A stretch of 64,000 nucleotides of DNA, from positions 64,001 to 128,000 of the forward strand of contig CAXXLX010000002.1 in NCBI GenBank assembly GCA_963665235.2, given 5' to 3'. This document shows positions 1 through 11,724 of the stretch, one piece after another (positions within the stretch are counted from its first letter, which is position 1; each line of letters begins with the position of its first letter). Source of the stretch: Candidatus Poribacteria bacterium. Its GTDB lineage: Bacteria > Poribacteria > WGA-4E > WGA-3G. The notes below the pieces were generated by a model. That model was not told where the DNA came from. It saw only the letters and a program-made list of their open reading frames with translations, and did not search any database. A program made the position numbers and the translations under genes.

Positions 1-2
1 AA

Positions 3-3000
3 AAGGGGACTACAGGCTGGACAGAATATGGCGCAGGTAACTATACAAATATTGAGTTTTTTTCGCTAAAACCAGCCACTACTTATGAATACCAAGTGAG
101 TACTCATGCCGAAGTTTTTATCGTTCCTGCTACGAAATGGAGTGGCTGGTCGTCAACACAGGAGGCGACGACGAACAGCCCGCCGCAGACGCAAGGTTCC
201 ATGTCCAACCGAACGTTCAAAGTTGAGGCGGATGCCATTACGATGGATGTGAGCGGTTATTTCACCGACCCCGATGGCGATACACTAACCTACACGACAT
301 CCGTAGCGAATAGCGGGGCAAACGTCACCGTCAGTCTATCAGATGACACGCTAACCCTCACACCGGGAGCGAATGTTGGGACAGCCACAGTCACGGTGAC
401 TGCCAGTGATGTCGACCGCTCCGCCACACAGACCTTCACGGTAACGGTGGAGCCTTATTATGTGCCGCAGCCAGTGGGAACAATTCCGGACCAGACCTTA
501 AAAGTCGATAGCTCTAGTAAAATTAATGCAAGTGCCTACTTCACACATCCCGATGGCGATACGATGACGTATAGCGCAACTTCATCCGATACGGCTAAAG
601 CCACAGTAAGCCTGTCATGGGTAAATCTAACCATCAGCCCAGTGGCTATAGGGACATCGACAATCACCGTGACTGTCACGGATAGCCGCGGTGCCACCGC
701 CACACAGTCCTTCACGGTAACGGTGGAGCCTTATTATGTGCCGCAGCCAGTGGGAACAATTCTGGACCAGACCTTAAAAGTCGGTGGCACTGACAGTATA
801 ATCTCGACAATTGCTATAATTCATGTGAGTGACTCCTTCAGCCATCCCGATGGCGATACGATGACCTATAGTGCAACCTCATCCGATACGAGCAAAGCCA
901 CAGTGAATATCGTGGTGTCAGAATCGCCATCAGGAACCTTGGCAACGCTAACTGTCACGGCGGTGGCTGCGGGGACGTCGACAATCACCGTGACAGCGAC
1001 AGATAGCCGCAGTGCCACCGCCACACAGACCTTCACGGTAACCGTGTGGGCAAACTCGGCACCGGTGACAGTGGGCTCTATTCCGGACCAGTCGGTGAGA
1101 GTCGGTGGTACTGCTGGGACCGTTCATGTAAGCAGTTACTTCAGCGACCCCGATGGCGATACGATGACCTATAGTGCAACCTCATCGGATACGAGCATCG
1201 CCACAGCGGGTCTGCTCGGGGCCACGCTCACTATCACTGGAGTGGCCGCAGGCACCGCGACGATAACTGTGACCGCAACGGATCCTGACGACGCAACGGC
1301 TACGCAGACCATCTCTGTCCAAGCCCTTCCAAATCGCGCACCGACCGCTGTGGGCACAATTCCGGACCAATCGGTGAGAGTCGGTAGCACTGCCGCGACA
1401 GTGGATGTGAGTTCCTACTTCAGTGATGCTGATGGGAATCCACTAACCTATAGTGCAACCTCATCGGATACGAGCAGAGCCACAGTGAGTTTGGCAAACT
1501 CAACGCTCACCATCACGGCGGTGGCTGTAGGGTCGGCGACAATCACTGTCACAGCAACGGATACCAGCAACGCAACTGGGACGCAGACCATCCCTGTCGT
1601 CGTCTCTTCAAATCGAACACCGACCAAGGTGGGTTCAATTCCAACCCAAACCGTGGGTGTCGGTGGCACTGCTACGACCGTTGACCTGAGTTCCTACTTC
1701 AGCGACCCCGATGGAAATCCACTAACCTATAGTGCAACCTCATCTAACACCAACAGAGCTACAGTCAGTGTGTCGGGCTCGACCCTAACCATCACCGCAG
1801 TCGCTACCGGGTGGTTGACAGTCACCGTGACAGCAACGGATACCAGCAACGCAACTGGGACGCAGACCTTCTATGTCAATGTCGTTTCAAATCGCGCACC
1901 GACCAGAGTCGGCACAATTTCGAGCCAATTGGTCAGAGTCGGTAGCACTGCTGGGACACCTGATGTAGGTCCCTACTTTAGCGATCCCGATGGACATACA
2001 CTAACCTATAGTGCAATCTCATATAACACAAGCAGAGCTACAGTAAGCGTGTCGGGGTCAGCGGTAACCATCACCGGAGTGGCTGTAGGCAACACGACAA
2101 TAAGGGTGAAAGCGACAGATATCCACAACGCAAGCACTACACAGAGTTTCTCTGTTAAGGTCGTTGCAAGCGACGCGGTGGTCCGTGTGGGTACAATTTC
2201 CACCCAAACCGTGTTTGCGGATAGCACTGCCGGAACAGTAGATATGAGCAGTTACTTCAGCGGTCCCGATGGCGTTACACTAACCTATAGTGCAACCTCA
2301 TCTAGTACGAGCAGAGCCACAGTGACCGTGTCAGGGTCAATCGTAACCATCACCGGAGTGGCTGTGGGGTGGTCGACAATAAGAGTGACAGCGACAGCTC
2401 CCAGCAACGCATCCGCTACACAGACCTTCTCTGTCCGCGTTTCAAATCGCGCACCGACCACTGTCGGTACAATTCCGACTCAAACGGTGAGAGTCGGTGG
2501 CACTGCCGCGACAGTGGATGTGAGTAGTTATTTCAGCGATCCCGATGGACATACACTAACCTATAGTGCAATCTCATATAGCACAAGCAGAGCTACAGTG
2601 ACCGTGTCGGGGTCAACTTTGACCATAACGGCAGTCGGTACCGGATCGGCGACAATAAGAGTGAAAGCGACAGATACCAGCAACGCATACGCCACACAGA
2701 CTTTCTCTGTCATTACCAACGTGGTAATCGCTGTGGGTACAATTCCGGAACAAACGGTGTCGCTGAGTGGTACTACCGCTGTGCCCCTTGATGTGAGTAG
2801 CTACTTCGAAGGTCCCGATGGTACCGCGTTAACCTATAGGGCAACCTCATCGGATACTACCAAAACGACAGTGAGCGTGTCAGAGGCAACGGTGACCACC
2901 ACCGGCGTGGCTGCCGGGTCAGCGACAATCACAGTGACAGCGACAACTACCGGCAACGCAAGTGCTACGCAGACTTTCTCCATCAACGTCGTTTCAAACC

Positions 3001-4487
3001 TCGCACCGATCGCTGTAGGCACAATTCCGACGCTCAATACTGCTCAGACTTGGAATGAGCAGTTCGACGTTAGCAGCTATTTCAGCGACCCTGATGGCAA
3101 TACCTTGACCTACGCCGCAAGCTCTTCTGATACCACTATAGCCGAGGCAGGCATTAGTGTCACGCATAGTTCGGCGGTGTATGTCTTCGGAAATGGTGTG
3201 GGAACAGCGACAGTCACCGTGACGGCGACAGACCCAAGCAATGCGACTGCTACGCAGACCTTCTCCGTTACCGTTACTGCCCAAACCGCCGATGCCGTGC
3301 CAGGGCTTAGTAGTGTTGAACTATCACAGCTCAGCGCACTGCTCACATACAGGACAGTTATCTTCAACGAACTTCACAACGGAGCTGATGATACCAAAGA
3401 CTGGTTGGAACTCCGAAACGTCAGTGGTGCAGACCTTCCACTTGACGACTATCAACTCACTGTTCGGACAGGAAGCGGTCAGGCAGTTATTGCGTTCCCC
3501 GCAGGCACGGTCATCCCCGTAGGTGAAGTCCTTCTACTCACCAACACAGCGGGAGGTCGCGAGCAAAGCTCGCTCCTACAAGAAGATGGTGAGATGGCAT
3601 CAGCGGATGATATGTCCGTGTTGTCTGTGGTTTCTGAAAAGTTTGTGTTGCCACAAGCACCGTTTGCATTGATGCTACGCAACCCAACGGTATTTGGTGA
3701 TATAGCAGGGAATTACGTCCAAGGCGAAGCCCTAGCAACGATTCCCAGTCTCACCGTGGATACGGTGTGGGAGCGCACCCAGCCAACTGTCTTCGGGTAT
3801 CGCGCGGAGGCGTGGGTGAAGAGCACCTATCAAAATGGACTCGGCTCCCCAGGCTATTATCCTCAAATGCCATCAACAGATCTGAATAGCGATGGTGTTG
3901 TAAACATTTTTGATCTGGTATTAGTCGCCTCACAGTTCGGGACGACAAGCACAACTGCCGATCTGAATATGGACGGCACTGTCAACATGGTTGATTTGGC
4001 TTTAGTTGCTGGTGCGTTAGGTCCCGCTATCGGTGCACCGACAGCGAAACAGTCCAATGCGGCCATCGTCAACACTTGGCTCAAACTTGCACGTGAAAAC
4101 GCCGCAAACGTCGTTGTAACATCAATCCCCGAAGGATTTTCCTACCAGCGCGGTATAGCTATGCTTGAAGCGTTAGCACGTGCTTTAACCCCGGATACAA
4201 CCGCCTTATTGGCGAACTATCCGAACCCGTTCAACCCAGAGACGTGGATACCGTATCAGTTGTCAAAATCGACTGATGTGACCATAACGATATATGCCTC
4301 AGATGGCAACATTGTTCGGACGTTAGCGATAGGATATCAGGATGCTGGGTTATATAAGAATCGCAGCCAAGCTGCATATTGGGATGGCAAAAATGAGATA
4401 GGCGAGTCCGTAGCGAGCGGTGTATATTTCTACACCCTCACCGCAGGCGATTTCTCTGCTACGCGCAAAATGCTCATCCTCAAATAA
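3..4487 (+). CDS. Surface protein paralog 1 (5'-truncated): FN3 + ~11 Ig/cadherin-like repeats + lamin-tail-like + dockerin-like + FlgD-Ig/Por-type C-terminal domain
   Basis: The frame is open from position 3 (KGTTGWTEYGAGNYTNIEFFSLKPATTYEYQV, matching the FN3 heads of paralogs 5 and 10), so the GTG at 96 is not the true start. Repeats carry DVSSYFSDPDGxxLTY and the protein ends in TRKMLILK. Confidence 0.92.
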   Translation, partial: KGTTGWTEYGAGNYTNIEFFSLKPATTYEYQVSTHAEVFIVPATKWSGWSSTQEATTNSPPQTQGSMSNRTFKVEADAITMDVSGYFTDPDGDTLTYTTSVANSGANVTVSLSDDTLTLTPGANVGTATVTVTASDVDRSATQTFTVTVEPYYVPQPVGTIPDQTLKVDSSSKINASAYFTHPDGDTMTYSATSSDTAKATVSLSWVNLTISPVAIGTSTITVTVTDSRGATATQSFTVTVEPYYVPQPVGTILDQTLKVGGTDSIISTIAIIHVSDSFSHPDGDTMTYSATSSDTSKATVNIVVSESPSGTLATLTVTAVAAGTSTITVTATDSRSATATQTFTVTVWANSAPVTVGSIPDQSVRVGGTAGTVHVSSYFSDPDGDTMTYSATSSDTSIATAGLLGATLTITGVAAGTATITVTATDPDDATATQTISVQALPNRAPTAVGTIPDQSVRVGSTAATVDVSSYFSDADGNPLTYSATSSDTSRATVSLANSTLTITAVAVGSATITVTATDTSNATGTQTIPVVVSSNRTPTKVGSIPTQTVGVGGTATTVDLSSYFSDPDGNPLTYSATSSNTNRATVSVSGSTLTITAVATGWLTVTVTATDTSNATGTQTFYVNVVSNRAPTRVGTISSQLVRVGSTAGTPDVGPYFSDPDGHTLTYSAISYNTSRATVSVSGSAVTITGVAVGNTTIRVKATDIHNASTTQSFSVKVVASDAVVRVGTISTQTVFADSTAGTVDMSSYFSGPDGVTLTYSATSSSTSRATVTVSGSIVTITGVAVGWSTIRVTATAPSNASATQTFSVRVSNRAPTTVGTIPTQTVRVGGTAATVDVSSYFSDPDGHTLTYSAISYSTSRATVTVSGSTLTITAVGTGSATIRVKATDTSNAYATQTFSVITNVVIAVGTIPEQTVSLSGTTAVPLDVSSYFEGPDGTALTYRATSSDTTKTTVSVSEATVTTTGVAAGSATITVTATTTGNASATQTFSINVVSNLAPIAVGTIPTLNTAQTWNEQFDVSSYFSDPDGNTLTYAASSSDTTIAEAGISVTHSSAVYVFGNGVGTATVTVTATDPSNATATQTFSVTVTAQTADAVPGLSSVELSQLSALLTYRTVIFNELHNGADDTKDWLELRNVSGADLPLDDYQLTVRTGSGQAVIAFPAGTVIPVGEVLLLTNTAGGREQSSLLQEDGEMASADDMSVLSVVSEKFVLPQAPFALMLRNPTVFGDIAGNYVQGEALATIPSLTVDTVWERTQPTVFGYRAEAWVKSTYQNGLGSPGYYPQMPSTDLNSDGVVNIFDLVLVASQFGTTSTTADLNMDGTVNMVDLALVAGALGPAIGAPTAKQSNAAIVNTWLKLARENAANVVVTSIPEGFSYQRGIAMLEALARALTPDTTALLANYPNPFNPETWIPYQLSKSTDVTITIYASDGNIVRTLAIGYQDAGLYKNRSQAAYWDGKNEIGESVASGVYFYTLTAGDFSATRKMLILK

Positions 4488-4494
4488 CGGGTTA

Positions 4495-4620
4495 TAGGAC
4501 TTACGCCTTCCCCCCTGCTTGCGTGGGGTTAGGGGGGATACACTTACTACTAGCGATGGAATGACAAAAGCTACATTACGCCTTCCCCCCTGCTTGCGGG
4601 GGGGTAGGGGGGGTAAACCC
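4495..4620. repeat. Two copies of a C-rich/G-rich palindromic repeat (TTACGCCTTCCCCCCTGCTTGCG..GGGG.TAGGGGGG)
   Basis: Direct copies at ~4501 and ~4578; a related, interrupted copy at ~44116-44189. Confidence 0.7.
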
Positions 4621-4684
4621 CTGTGAAAACCCGAGAAATCTGTTCTATTTGCATCCGTCCTGGTAAATATTACAAGGAGATATA

Positions 4685-7406
4685 ATGCTTTTTTTCAAGA
4701 GAATGACAATTCTATTCTGCCTCATCCTTGTTGGCAGTCCTGTCTATGCAGACACGTTTCTATTCAAAAAAACCTTCGGATTTTGGTTCCAGGACCCTGT
4801 TATTTGGAGTGTACCTGTGCCATCAACGAACCCGCATGAACCAGCATATTATAAAGGGACTGTCAGTGAAATCTTCGTTGTGAATGCGCCTACACATCTC
4901 TGGGTCTCCATTCGTAAATCCGACATACAAACTGACGGTAGTATCAGGTTACTACCCCTTGGTAATGCATTGAACAATGTCACAGAGAACACCGCTGCGG
5001 ATCATGACTTCGTTATCGAGGCAAAGAATAGCAGTAACCAGTGGGTGGCAGTGGAAAATGAGGATGAAGATAGTTTTATCCTAATTGAGGATGCCCACAC
5101 TTTACCAACGGCCGGAGATAACCCTGGACGCATAATCCTGCGTGTATCGCTCGACCCAATAAGCAGGAATACCACACCAAAAGCAACAGGGCTTTCCGTG
5201 CGTATTCACAAACCTGATGGTTTTGTTGCACATAGCGCGGCACATTGGATAAGTTACACAGTCTCACAATCCGTTTTTGATAGAGATGCGGATGGCGATG
5301 TAGACCAAACCGATGTAGATACGGGGGCCTTGGATTTTGACGAAGATGGTGATACAGATCAGCAAGATACCACTTTGCACCAGAAAGCACGGGATGCCTA
5401 CGGCACACCGACCGCTGAAGGGACAATTCCAGATCGCTTATTGACAAAAGAGATCGGGGACTACTGTGAAGACCGCCACGATTAACGTGAGTGGTTACTT
5501 CAGAGACCCCGAAGGCCTTACCTTGACCTACACCGCTAGCTCCTCGAATACCACGGTAGCGACGGTAAGTGTATCGAGTGAAACACTAACGATCACGGTG
5601 GAGGCAAGTGGGACCGCAAGCATAACCGTGACAGCAACTGACCCCGACAGTTTGAGTGCTACCCAGAGATTTTCTGTCAAGACCGAAGTGATAGTAGCAC
5701 CAGCACCCACTAATCTGAGGCAAACCGGCTACAGAGGTTCTGCCTCTTTTCCAATAACTTGGACAGCACCTACCACGACTCTAGCGATCACAGGGTATGA
5801 CGTAGAGTACCGTGTGAGCGGAACATCCGATTTCACAGATGCCGGCCACACAGGGACAGGGACCGCCAATTTTAAGATCAACGGATTGACACCGGAAACT
5901 ACCTATCAAGTTCGCGTCCGGGCACGCCTCACGAATGATTTCAGTTATTGGACAGGTCATTTGCAAGTTACAACAAGGATTGGACCGCCTACCAATGTGA
6001 CTGTATCTAATATAGGCGGGTACACTGCTACGATAAGTTGGACAGCACCGAGGAGCAATATTAACAAGTACAGCGTGCTCTACAAAAAAACGACTGTGCA
6101 ATCTTACACTGACACGGAAAGTACAACTACGAGTATTACCTTAACCAATTTGGATCTGGTCACTGATTATTATGTCATCGTAGCAGCAAAGGGAGGCAGT
6201 GAAACAGGTGAATATGCCCCTACTGTCACTTTCAAGACGTTACCATATCCCGCAGATACTATTCCGGGGCTCAGCAGTCAAGAACTCTCACAATTGGTTA
6301 CCTTGTTCACTTACGACACGGTTATTTTCAGCGAATTGCACAACGGTTCCGACGATGCAAACGATTGGTTGGAGCTCCGAAATGTCAGTGATGCTGACCT
6401 CCCGTTAGACGATTGGGAACTCACCATCCGGACAGCGGAGAGTAATGTCGTTGTGACGTTCCCCACAGGCACGGTGATGCCTACAGGTGAAGTCCTTTTG
6501 CTCACTAACACCGAGATGGCATCAGCAGATGATATGTCTGTGTTATCTGTGGTTTCTGAAACGTTTGTGTTGCCACAGGAGGATTTTGCATTGATCTTGC
6601 GAAGTCCGACAGTATTCGGTGACATCGCAGGGAATTACGTCCAAGGCGAAGCCTTAGCAACGATGCCCACCCTTACTGTGGATAAGGTATGGGCCCGAAC
6701 ACAACCGATAGTTTTTGGGTACAGCGCAGAGGCGTGGGCAGTTAGCACGTATCAAAATGGGCTCGGCACCCCGGGGTATCAACCACCATCAACGGATCTA
6801 AATAACGATGGTGTCGTAAACATTTTTGATTTGGTGCTGGTTGCATCACAATTCGGTGTACCTGGTTCGTCATTAGCGGATCTGAATGGTGATAACGCTG
6901 TAAACATTCAAGATTTGGCTTTGGTTGCGGGGATGTTGGGGCCCGCTCTCGGCGCGCCGACTGCGAATCAGTCCGATGCAGCCGTCGTCAACAGTTGGTT
7001 GAAGCTTGCACGTCAAGATACATCAAACGTTGTGAAAACGTCTATCCCAGAAGGTTTCTCTTACTATCGCGGCATTCAGGTCCTTGAACAGTTAGCACGT
7101 GCGTTGACCCCGGATACAACCGCCTTGTTAGCAAACTATCCGAACCCGTTCAACCCAGAGACGTGGATACCGTATCAGTTATCCAAAGCAGCAGATGTGA
7201 CGCTAACGATATATGCCTCGGATGGCAGTGCCGTTCGGACGTTAGCACTGGGACATCAGGATGTGGGCATGTATCACAACCGCAGCCAAGCCGCGTATTG
7301 GGATGGCAAAAATGCGTTAGGTGAGTCCGTAGCCAGCGGTGTGTATTTCTACACCCTCACCGCCGGCGACTTCTCCGCCACGCGCAAAATGCTCATCCTC
7401 AAATAA
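4685..7406 (+). pseudogene. Surface protein paralog 2, split by a +1 frameshift near 5446-5459 (unknown head + EF-hand-like Asp repeats + 1 Ig + 2 FN3 + constant cassette)
   Basis: ORFs 4685-5485 and 5466-7406 together align colinearly with the intact paralog 41352-44108. Removing one base from AAAA (5446-5449) or GGGG (5456-5459) restores a single frame. AAGGAG RBS lies upstream of 4685. Confidence 0.85.
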
Positions 7407-7534
7407 CGTGTTAATAGGCTCTCTGGTTGTCAGAGTCGCGGAGTGCACAGAGGACACAGAGGGCACCGAAAAAGAGGTGTTTGTTCAGGCTTCTATGTTT
7501 ACTTATGAAAACCAAAGACAAAGGAGAAAATGAA

Positions 7535-10500
7535 ATGTTAAAACGATTGACAAAAACAAACATATTTCTAATTCCACTCTTGGCAATTTCCGTTTGCATA
7601 TCAGGAATTGCCGAAGCAAATAACGCACCCACTACAGTCGGCACAATTCCGGATCAAACGGTGTACCTTCCCGGGAGCAGTATTACAATTGACGCGGCCC
7701 CGTACTTCAGCGATGCTGATGGCGATACATTAATCTATGCGGTGAGCGATTCTGACCTCGCGAACCAAAGAATCGGCATCAGTTTAACATCGGATGGAAA
7801 GGTAACCATTTGGGCCACGCTCAAAACGGGTACCGTGACGGTAAGAGTGCACGCCTCAGATGCCAGCGCATTTGCGACACAGATCTTCACCGTAACGGTA
7901 GTGGCAAACAACGCACCGACCGGCGTGGGCACGATTCCCGATCAAACCTTGGATGGACCTGCGTTTACCGGTACGGTTGACGTGAGCGGCTACTTCAGTG
8001 ATACCGATGGCGATAGTTTGACTTACACCGCTACTTCAGCTGATACCGCCAAAGTCACAGTGAGTGTGTCAAAGTCCACGGTTACCGTCACGGCGGTAGC
8101 CAAAGGCAGTGGGACGATAACCGTCACAGCGACAGACACCCGCGGGGCGACTGGAACACAGACATTTTCTGTGACTGTGACCAACGATAACAACGCCCCG
8201 GTTGCTGTCGGCACTATTCCTAATTATTTATTAGAATTTGGTGGGAGTAAGGTCACATTTAACGCGGCGCAGTACTTCAGCGATCCCAATGGCGATACGT
8301 TAGCAGCATCAGCAGCGTCAATCCATCGTTCCAATGACGCAATAATAGACGTTACCGGCTATGGTAACTGGGATATCGATCTCGTTCCAAAAGCAGCGGG
8401 GACCATAACCGTATCTATAACGGCACGCGACCCTGGCGGTTTGAGTGCTACGCAGAGCTTCAGCGTTAAGGTGAACAAGGCACCCGAGGCAAAAGGCACG
8501 ATTCCCGACGGTTCAATAACATTCGGAGACAACGGATATAGTGTGGACGCGAGCTCTTACTTTACGGACGCAAATGGCGACACGTTGACCTACACCGTCA
8601 GCTCATCCGATACCAGCAAAGCAAGCGTCAGTGTGTCAGAATCCACGGTCAGCGTCACCGCCGTGGCAGGGGGTAGCGCGACGATTACCGTCACTGCGAC
8701 AGACATCCACAGCACGACCGGGACACAGAGCTTCAACGTCGTAACGATCGACAACGGCCCCGTCACTGTCGGTACGATTTCCGATGCTACCTTCTATGTC
8801 GGTGCCAGCAGCACGGATGTGGACCTGGCAGATTACTTCAATGCTGTTAATAAGAGTGCTTTGACCTACACGGTTGTCTCCTCCGCTACCAACGCGGCTA
8901 CCGTGAGCATATCGGGTAGTACCCTAACCCTCACACCCGTGGCAGCAGGGACAGCAACAATAACCGCACGGGCGTTAGATTCCAACAGTAAGTTTGCGAC
9001 ACAGACCTTCACCGTAACTGTCGTGCAGCCGAATCGGTCACCCGTCACCGTGGGAACGATTTCCGATCGGTCGATAAAAATTGGCGCGGCTGCTATCGTA
9101 ATAGACGTAGCACCCTACTTCAGCGACCCCGATGGCGATGCGTTGTCATATACCTGTTACCAAAGTGGCAACGGGTTCTTGGACTTCAATATACTGGATG
9201 GTGTGCTAACTATGAATACCCACAGTTGGAAGACGGGAACCTCGACGATGCGAGTGGTCGCCAGTGATCCCGACTCTGCATGGACAGAACAGACGTTCAC
9301 CGTAACAGTGTCCCCGGGGAACCGTGCACCCGTAGCAAACGGCACTATTCCCAACGGCACCAAGAAGGCCGGGCACAGTGGTTATGAGGTGGATCTGAGC
9401 GGCTACTTCACGGATGCTGATGGCGACACGTTGACCTACCACGCCGTCTCCTCCGACACCAGCAAAGCCACCGTGAGCCTCTCGTCTGCAACGATCAGCG
9501 TCACGCCTGTGGCACAAGGAACTGCAACAATAACCACAACGGCGACAGACCTCGACGGTGCGTTCGCGACACAAACCTTCACCATGACAGTGAAGCCTGC
9601 GAACCGCGCACCCGTAGTGAGCACGACAATTCCTGACCAAAAAATAGAAAGAAGGTCTGGTACTGGTGTAACTGTCTATTTACCTCTTGGAGATTATTTT
9701 AGTGATGCGGATGGGGATACGTTGACCTACACTGCTAGAGCGACTGCAGGGCAGCAAATCGTCGTGGTGATTTTCCATCCGACAAGGCCGGCGAGCACGT
9801 TATCTCTTGTTTCGCTTCCAACAGAAGATCCGAATGATTCAGGAACAACAACGGTCACCGTAACGGCAACGGATACCGACAACGCAAGTGTAAGCCAGTC
9901 GTTCACCGTTACCACAAGCATACGACCAACCCCGTTAGGCACAATTCCCCTACAAACTGTGCAGCCTAATGGAGGAAGTCGCCTATTGGATGTGCTAGAC
10001 TACTTCTACGACGCTGACGGGGATACGTTAACCTATTCGGCGAGCTCTTCCAATACCGCCAAAGCCACGGTGAGTGTGTCCAGTTCAAATGTTACCATCA
10101 CCGGAAAAGCTGGAGGACCAGCAACGATAACGGTAACCGCAACAGATCCGATCGGTTTCACAGCGACCCAGTCCATAAAGGTAAATGTAGGAAATCCGCC
10201 AACAACAGTGGGAACAATGTCGAATGAATACATTAATACATATAGTTATGTCAGTGTTAATGCCAGCTCCTACTTCAGCGACCCCGATGGGGACACGTTG
10301 TCCTACTCGGCGAGCTCTTCTAATACCTGGGTAGCGACAGTGAGTGTGTCAGGTTCAACTATCACTGTTTCTTCATTGGCATCAGGGAACGCGACGATAA
10401 CCGTCACAGCCTCGGATCCAGGCGGTTTGAGCGCAACCCAAACCTTTAATGTCTCTGTTTCCACCCCCGTCGGCGGTGAAGCAGATGCTATCCCGGGCCT

Positions 10501-11638
10501 GAGCAGCGAAGAGCAACTGCTACTCGGACAGCTGTTAACGTACGACACTATCATTTTCAACGAACTCTACAACGGTTCTGATGATACCAAAGACTGGCTT
10601 GAACTCCGCAATGTCAGTAATATTGACATCCTGCTCGATAGCTGGCAGCTGAGCGTCCAGACGGGGAGTGGCACCGCTGTCATTCCGTTCCCGGCGGGCA
10701 CGGTTATTCCCGCAGGTGAAGTCCTCTTACTCACAAACAGAGAGATGGCAACAGCAGATGCTGCACCTATCGTTATTGACTCTTTAGCATTGCCACAATC
10801 GGAGTTCGCGTTGATTCTGCGCAGCCCGACAGCCTTCGGCGATCTTGCAGGCAATTACTTCCAAGATACAAGTGACCGTCCGGAAACCGCACCCGCATTC
10901 ACTGGAGACACGGTGTGGGAGCGTGTACAGACGACAGTCTCCGGGTATCGCGCGGAGGCGTGGGCACTGAGCACGTACCGAAACGGACTCGGTTCACCGG
11001 GCTATCACCCCTCAGCTCTAGTGGGCGATGTGAATAACGATGGGGTCGTTAACATTTTGGACCTTGTGTTGGTTGCCTCGCAGCTCGGGACGACAAGTAG
11101 CACAGCAGCGGATCTGAATAGTGATGGTATTGTGAACATTCAGGACCTGGTGATAGTTGCAGGTGCGTTAAGTGCTGGCAATGCTGCACCGACTGCGAAA
11201 CAGTCCGCTGCCGCGATCGTCAACGATTGGCTCAAACTTGCGCGTGAAAACGCCGCAAGCGTCGTTGTAACGTCAATCCCGGAGGGATTTTCCTACGAAC
11301 GCGGGATAGCTAGGCTTGAAGAGTTAGTCCGCGCGTTGACACCGGATACAACCGCGCTCTTAGCGAACTATCCGAACCCGTTCAACCCAGAGACGTGGAT
11401 ACCGTATCAGCTGTCCAAAGCCGCAGATGTGACGGTGACTATCTATGCGTCAGATGGTAATGTTGTTCGGACGTTAGCAATAGGGCATCAAAATGCGGGC
11501 ACGTATAAGAACCGCAGCCAAGCGGCATATTGGGATGGTAAAAATGAGATGGGTGAGTCTGTGGCGAGCGGAATCTATTTCTATACGCTCACTGCAGGCG
11601 ATTTCTCCGCTACGCGCAAAATGCTCATCCTCAAGTAA
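7535..11638 (+). CDS. Surface protein paralog 3: signal peptide + ~10 Ig/cadherin-like repeats + constant cassette
   Basis: Start re-called to ATG 7535 from the AAGGAG RBS and the MLKRLT...IAEA signal peptide shared with other paralogs. Confidence 0.93.
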   Translation: MLKRLTKTNIFLIPLLAISVCISGIAEANNAPTTVGTIPDQTVYLPGSSITIDAAPYFSDADGDTLIYAVSDSDLANQRIGISLTSDGKVTIWATLKTGTVTVRVHASDASAFATQIFTVTVVANNAPTGVGTIPDQTLDGPAFTGTVDVSGYFSDTDGDSLTYTATSADTAKVTVSVSKSTVTVTAVAKGSGTITVTATDTRGATGTQTFSVTVTNDNNAPVAVGTIPNYLLEFGGSKVTFNAAQYFSDPNGDTLAASAASIHRSNDAIIDVTGYGNWDIDLVPKAAGTITVSITARDPGGLSATQSFSVKVNKAPEAKGTIPDGSITFGDNGYSVDASSYFTDANGDTLTYTVSSSDTSKASVSVSESTVSVTAVAGGSATITVTATDIHSTTGTQSFNVVTIDNGPVTVGTISDATFYVGASSTDVDLADYFNAVNKSALTYTVVSSATNAATVSISGSTLTLTPVAAGTATITARALDSNSKFATQTFTVTVVQPNRSPVTVGTISDRSIKIGAAAIVIDVAPYFSDPDGDALSYTCYQSGNGFLDFNILDGVLTMNTHSWKTGTSTMRVVASDPDSAWTEQTFTVTVSPGNRAPVANGTIPNGTKKAGHSGYEVDLSGYFTDADGDTLTYHAVSSDTSKATVSLSSATISVTPVAQGTATITTTATDLDGAFATQTFTMTVKPANRAPVVSTTIPDQKIERRSGTGVTVYLPLGDYFSDADGDTLTYTARATAGQQIVVVIFHPTRPASTLSLVSLPTEDPNDSGTTTVTVTATDTDNASVSQSFTVTTSIRPTPLGTIPLQTVQPNGGSRLLDVLDYFYDADGDTLTYSASSSNTAKATVSVSSSNVTITGKAGGPATITVTATDPIGFTATQSIKVNVGNPPTTVGTMSNEYINTYSYVSVNASSYFSDPDGDTLSYSASSSNTWVATVSVSGSTITVSSLASGNATITVTASDPGGLSATQTFNVSVSTPVGGEADAIPGLSSEEQLLLGQLLTYDTIIFNELYNGSDDTKDWLELRNVSNIDILLDSWQLSVQTGSGTAVIPFPAGTVIPAGEVLLLTNREMATADAAPIVIDSLALPQSEFALILRSPTAFGDLAGNYFQDTSDRPETAPAFTGDTVWERVQTTVSGYRAEAWALSTYRNGLGSPGYHPSALVGDVNNDGVVNILDLVLVASQLGTTSSTAADLNSDGIVNIQDLVIVAGALSAGNAAPTAKQSAAAIVNDWLKLARENAASVVVTSIPEGFSYERGIARLEELVRALTPDTTALLANYPNPFNPETWIPYQLSKAADVTVTIYASDGNVVRTLAIGHQNAGTYKNRSQAAYWDGKNEMGESVASGIYFYTLTAGDFSATRKMLILK

Positions 11639-11649
11639 AGCTGTTCGTA

Positions 11650-11668
11650 GTAGGGCAATTTATTGCCC
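11650..11668 (+). repeat. GTAG-type REP-like palindrome GTAGGGCAATTTATTGCCC
   Basis: GTAG foot plus hairpin directly after the paralog 3 stop; a related inverted pair lies at 56201-56261. Confidence 0.7.
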
Positions 11669-11724
11669 GTCCCGAAGGCTCTCCTAATTCCGCGTTTTCT
11701 GCGTTTTCCGTGCATTCCGCGATT

